Shown here: positions 61,630 through 64,000 of the stretch, piece after piece | Numbering within the stretch: position 1 is the stretch's first letter | How the letters are laid out: every line of letters starts with the position of its first letter | NCBI GenBank assembly: GCA_043228905.1 | Contig: JBHGNT010000002.1 | Coordinates: 20,708,001-20,772,000 of the forward strand | Reading direction: 5' to 3' | DNA: 64,000 bases | DNA from: Azolla caroliniana | Taxonomy: Eukaryota > Plantae > Polypodiophyta | Made by a program: the position numbers and the translations under genes | The notes under the pieces: generated by a model | The model's input: only the letters and a program-made list of their open reading frames with translations | What the model was told of the DNA's origin: nothing | Database searches by the model: none

Positions 61630-62417
61630 TGTCGTGAAAAATCTATCACTACGTGCGGATTGTGAGGCAGAACCGTGGGGGTTCTAAACCGGAAGGATTC
61701 GAAGTTTGCACTAGCTTTAGCGAGAAAGTATTTAAGATAGATTGAAAGAGAGAGAGACTAAGATAAGATAGAACGCTTGACTTTAGATTGAGAGAGATTG
61801 AAATGGAGAGAGAGATTAAGGTTGAACCCTTGACTTTAGATTTGAGGAACAAGATATATCATCAATTGGATAACAAATTTTCTTCTTATTAAATTCTTTA
61901 TTAATACATCGCTCCTTTTTCTTTTTCATCCACTCTTTTATAGATGACCCCATGCATATGATGCATGTGAGGATGAAAGACATGCATGTAATGGACAAAA
62001 TGCATGAGATGCATGAGCGCCAAATGGCAAACATGCATCACATGCATTCCATGCATTGTATGCATGTCTTGTACCCTCACGTGTATCATATGCATGGGGA
62101 CATCTATAAAAGAGTGGATGAAAAAAATCAAAAGGGGCGATGAATTAATCAAGAATTTAATAAGAAGAAAATTCATTATCCTATTGATGATATATCTTGT
62201 TCTTCAAATCTAAAGTCAAGAGTTCAATCTTAATCTCTCTCTCCATTTCAATCTTTCTCAATCTGTTTCAAAATTGGAATCTTAATCTCAATCTCTCTCT
62301 CTCAATCTATCGTAAATCCTTTCTCACTAAAGCTAGTGCAAACTTCGAATCCTTTTGGTCCAGGACCCCGGCGGTTCCGCCTCACGATCCGCTCGTAGTG
62401 ACGGATTTTTCACAACA
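61630..62417. repeat. 788-bp foldback built from two inverted LTR-like halves
   Basis: The arms are reverse complements throughout (TGTCGTGAAAAAT... / ...ATTTTTCACAACA). TATA boxes at 61935-61943 (-) and 62104-62112 (+) are symmetric about ~62023. Confidence 0.9.
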
Positions 62418-63108
62418 TCGTGACAACAAAGGAGTTGTGAAGGGCCTCGGTAATAGACACGCCGATTGCAAAGGTCGAGGTGCACGGGACCAAACGAGTC
62501 GAGGAGCACTAAACCGAAGGGGTCATGGGATGCATGTCCGGATTGGACGAGGAGCGCAAGCGAGGCGTCGGGACGCCAAGAGAGAAGGCGGGAGTGACGA
62601 ACCAGCCAGAGTTGACACAATGAGACCTCAAGTTGAGCTTGAGGGGGAATGTTGAGAGACAAGCTCAACATGGGCCGAATCGGTTGAAGAAGCCGAGAGC
62701 CGAATCGGTTGGAAGCCGATTGACTAGGCCCAAATCGGGTGAAGAATCTGAGAGCCAAGAGCCAAGAGCCGAGTCGAATGAAATATGAAAAGGTCGTTAG
62801 GGGCCTATAATCCTATTATAGTAAATAGGAATATTATAGGTAGAATTATTGTCAGGCTCATTTATGAACATTCAAGTACTGATGATACTTGTGTCAGCCC
62901 AATTGTTAGGGCTTGTATAAAAAGTGCTCATTGAGCACGGTGTATGTATAGAGTGTTCATTATTTGAAATTGAAGTATTGTTATCTGCTCTCTTTGTTTC
63001 TCTCTCACTGTGTATCATTCTTTGTGTTTACCTAACTGTCGAGTTCTGAACAATCGACTATGTACTCAGCGTTTATCGCACACACTTCTCCACACTAATA
63101 CTTTTACA
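62418..63108 (+). mobile_element. 3' end of a copia element: 3' internal region, PPT and 3' LTR (62650-63108)
   Basis: PPT TTGAGGGGGAA is followed by TGTTGAGAGACAAGCTCAACA, matching the start of the LTR at 2877. Ends CTTTTACA. Confidence 0.85.
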
Positions 63109-64000
63109 CACCGAATATACAAGGTAGGTGGGGTTTCTACTGTGATTGTGGATGGATGGGGACATTAGCCACTTTTTGACCTACTTTCGTCGATTCGTCA
63201 TCGCACATTTTGTTAGAGAAGGGGTTTGGGAGTTTGTGCCCGAGGTAGGGTTTCATTCTGAACCCATTGACCCATTTTGGCATTACTTCTCCTACTAAAG
63301 TACCGAGTTGGTACATCCTGTTCAATCCATCCACAATCTAGAAGGGTCCAGTCCACCAGAACCATAGTTTACCCAGCATATTCCCGAGTCGAGTCTAGAA
63401 GACCAAAACCCTTTGCCGATACCAAAGGATTGCTCCATGCCTTTTTGGTTCTGGTCGACAAAGGCTTTCCGCCGACGTTGATCCTACTCAAGGTTGCTCA
63501 GGCTGGTGATCCTGGCTTCCCCGACCTCGAGAAGTTGCTCTAACCACTTCAATTTGGACTCGGATTCCAATAGGCGTTCGATTGTTTGAACTCGTAAGCT
63601 CGGTACTTGAAATTCCACTGGCATCACTACTTCCAAGATGAATGCTAATCGAAATGGGGTAGATTTAATACTAGTTTTGTAGGACATTTAGTAGGTCCAA
63701 AGCGCACTATGCAGTTTCTTATCCCAATAAGTTTGATTCGCATTCATGATTTTTTTCAATATATTCTAGATTGGCTTGTTCGTGGATTCGGCTAGCCCGT
63801 TCGTCTGAGGGTAATATGGCATGCTCTTCTTGTGAACGACAGCGTAGTGGGCCGTGAGTTCATGGACCAACTTGTTGATGAAGTGACCCCCTTGGTCACT
63901 TACTAGTTTGATTGGACCGTTGTATCTACACCAAACGTGTTTGTACACAATTTTGGTCGTGGATGCGGCTATGTTGTCCCGGAGAGCTTTAGCTTCGACC
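63109..64000 (-). mobile_element. Non-chromovirus Ty3/gypsy integrase fragment, degenerate
   Basis: LVSDQGGHF...PYYPQTNGLAESTN, STPFRL...VMPVEF, WTGPF and VNGFRMKPY. Confidence 0.85.

Noticed and set aside
61901-62213. His/Met-rich metal-binding ORFs
   Set aside because: By-product of CATGCA repeats in the palindrome; similar ORFs appear on both strands.

Overview
Plant nuclear DNA. The TE repertoire looks like a fern or lycophyte, but that is inference. The window holds one host gene: a 3-exon group IId WRKY transcription factor on the - strand (18205-20032, ~432 aa). It has an atypical C-X6-C zinc finger, lacks the plant Zn-cluster cysteines, and has a ~1.1 kb minisatellite directly upstream of its ATG. 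The rest is transposon-derived. 1-5.2 kb is a copia element inserted in an L1. 6-17 kb is AT-rich DNA with solo LTRs, a hAT-type MITE, an L1 3' fragment and tandem duplications. 24-46 kb is a reconstructable RTEX-like LINE carrying two nested copia elements, a hAT MITE and a chromovirus. 47.5-62.4 kb is a tRNA-Trp-primed, apparently gag-only gypsy-like element carrying an intact Tnt1/Tork-like copia (48329-53852) and a near-intact chromovirus (55606-61179). 62.4-64 kb is a copia 3' end and a gypsy integrase. Three observations stand out. (1) An outward-facing tRNA-like Pol III A/B-box cassette lies at the U3 tip of LTRs from several different gypsy families. (2) A 788-bp symmetric 'palindromic LTR' has two divergent TATA boxes around an RY-motif core. 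(3) The chromoviruses show Tf1-type self-priming complementarity and a GUUAAAC slippery site with a pseudoknot at the gag/pol junction. Coordinates were read by eye and no database searches were run.
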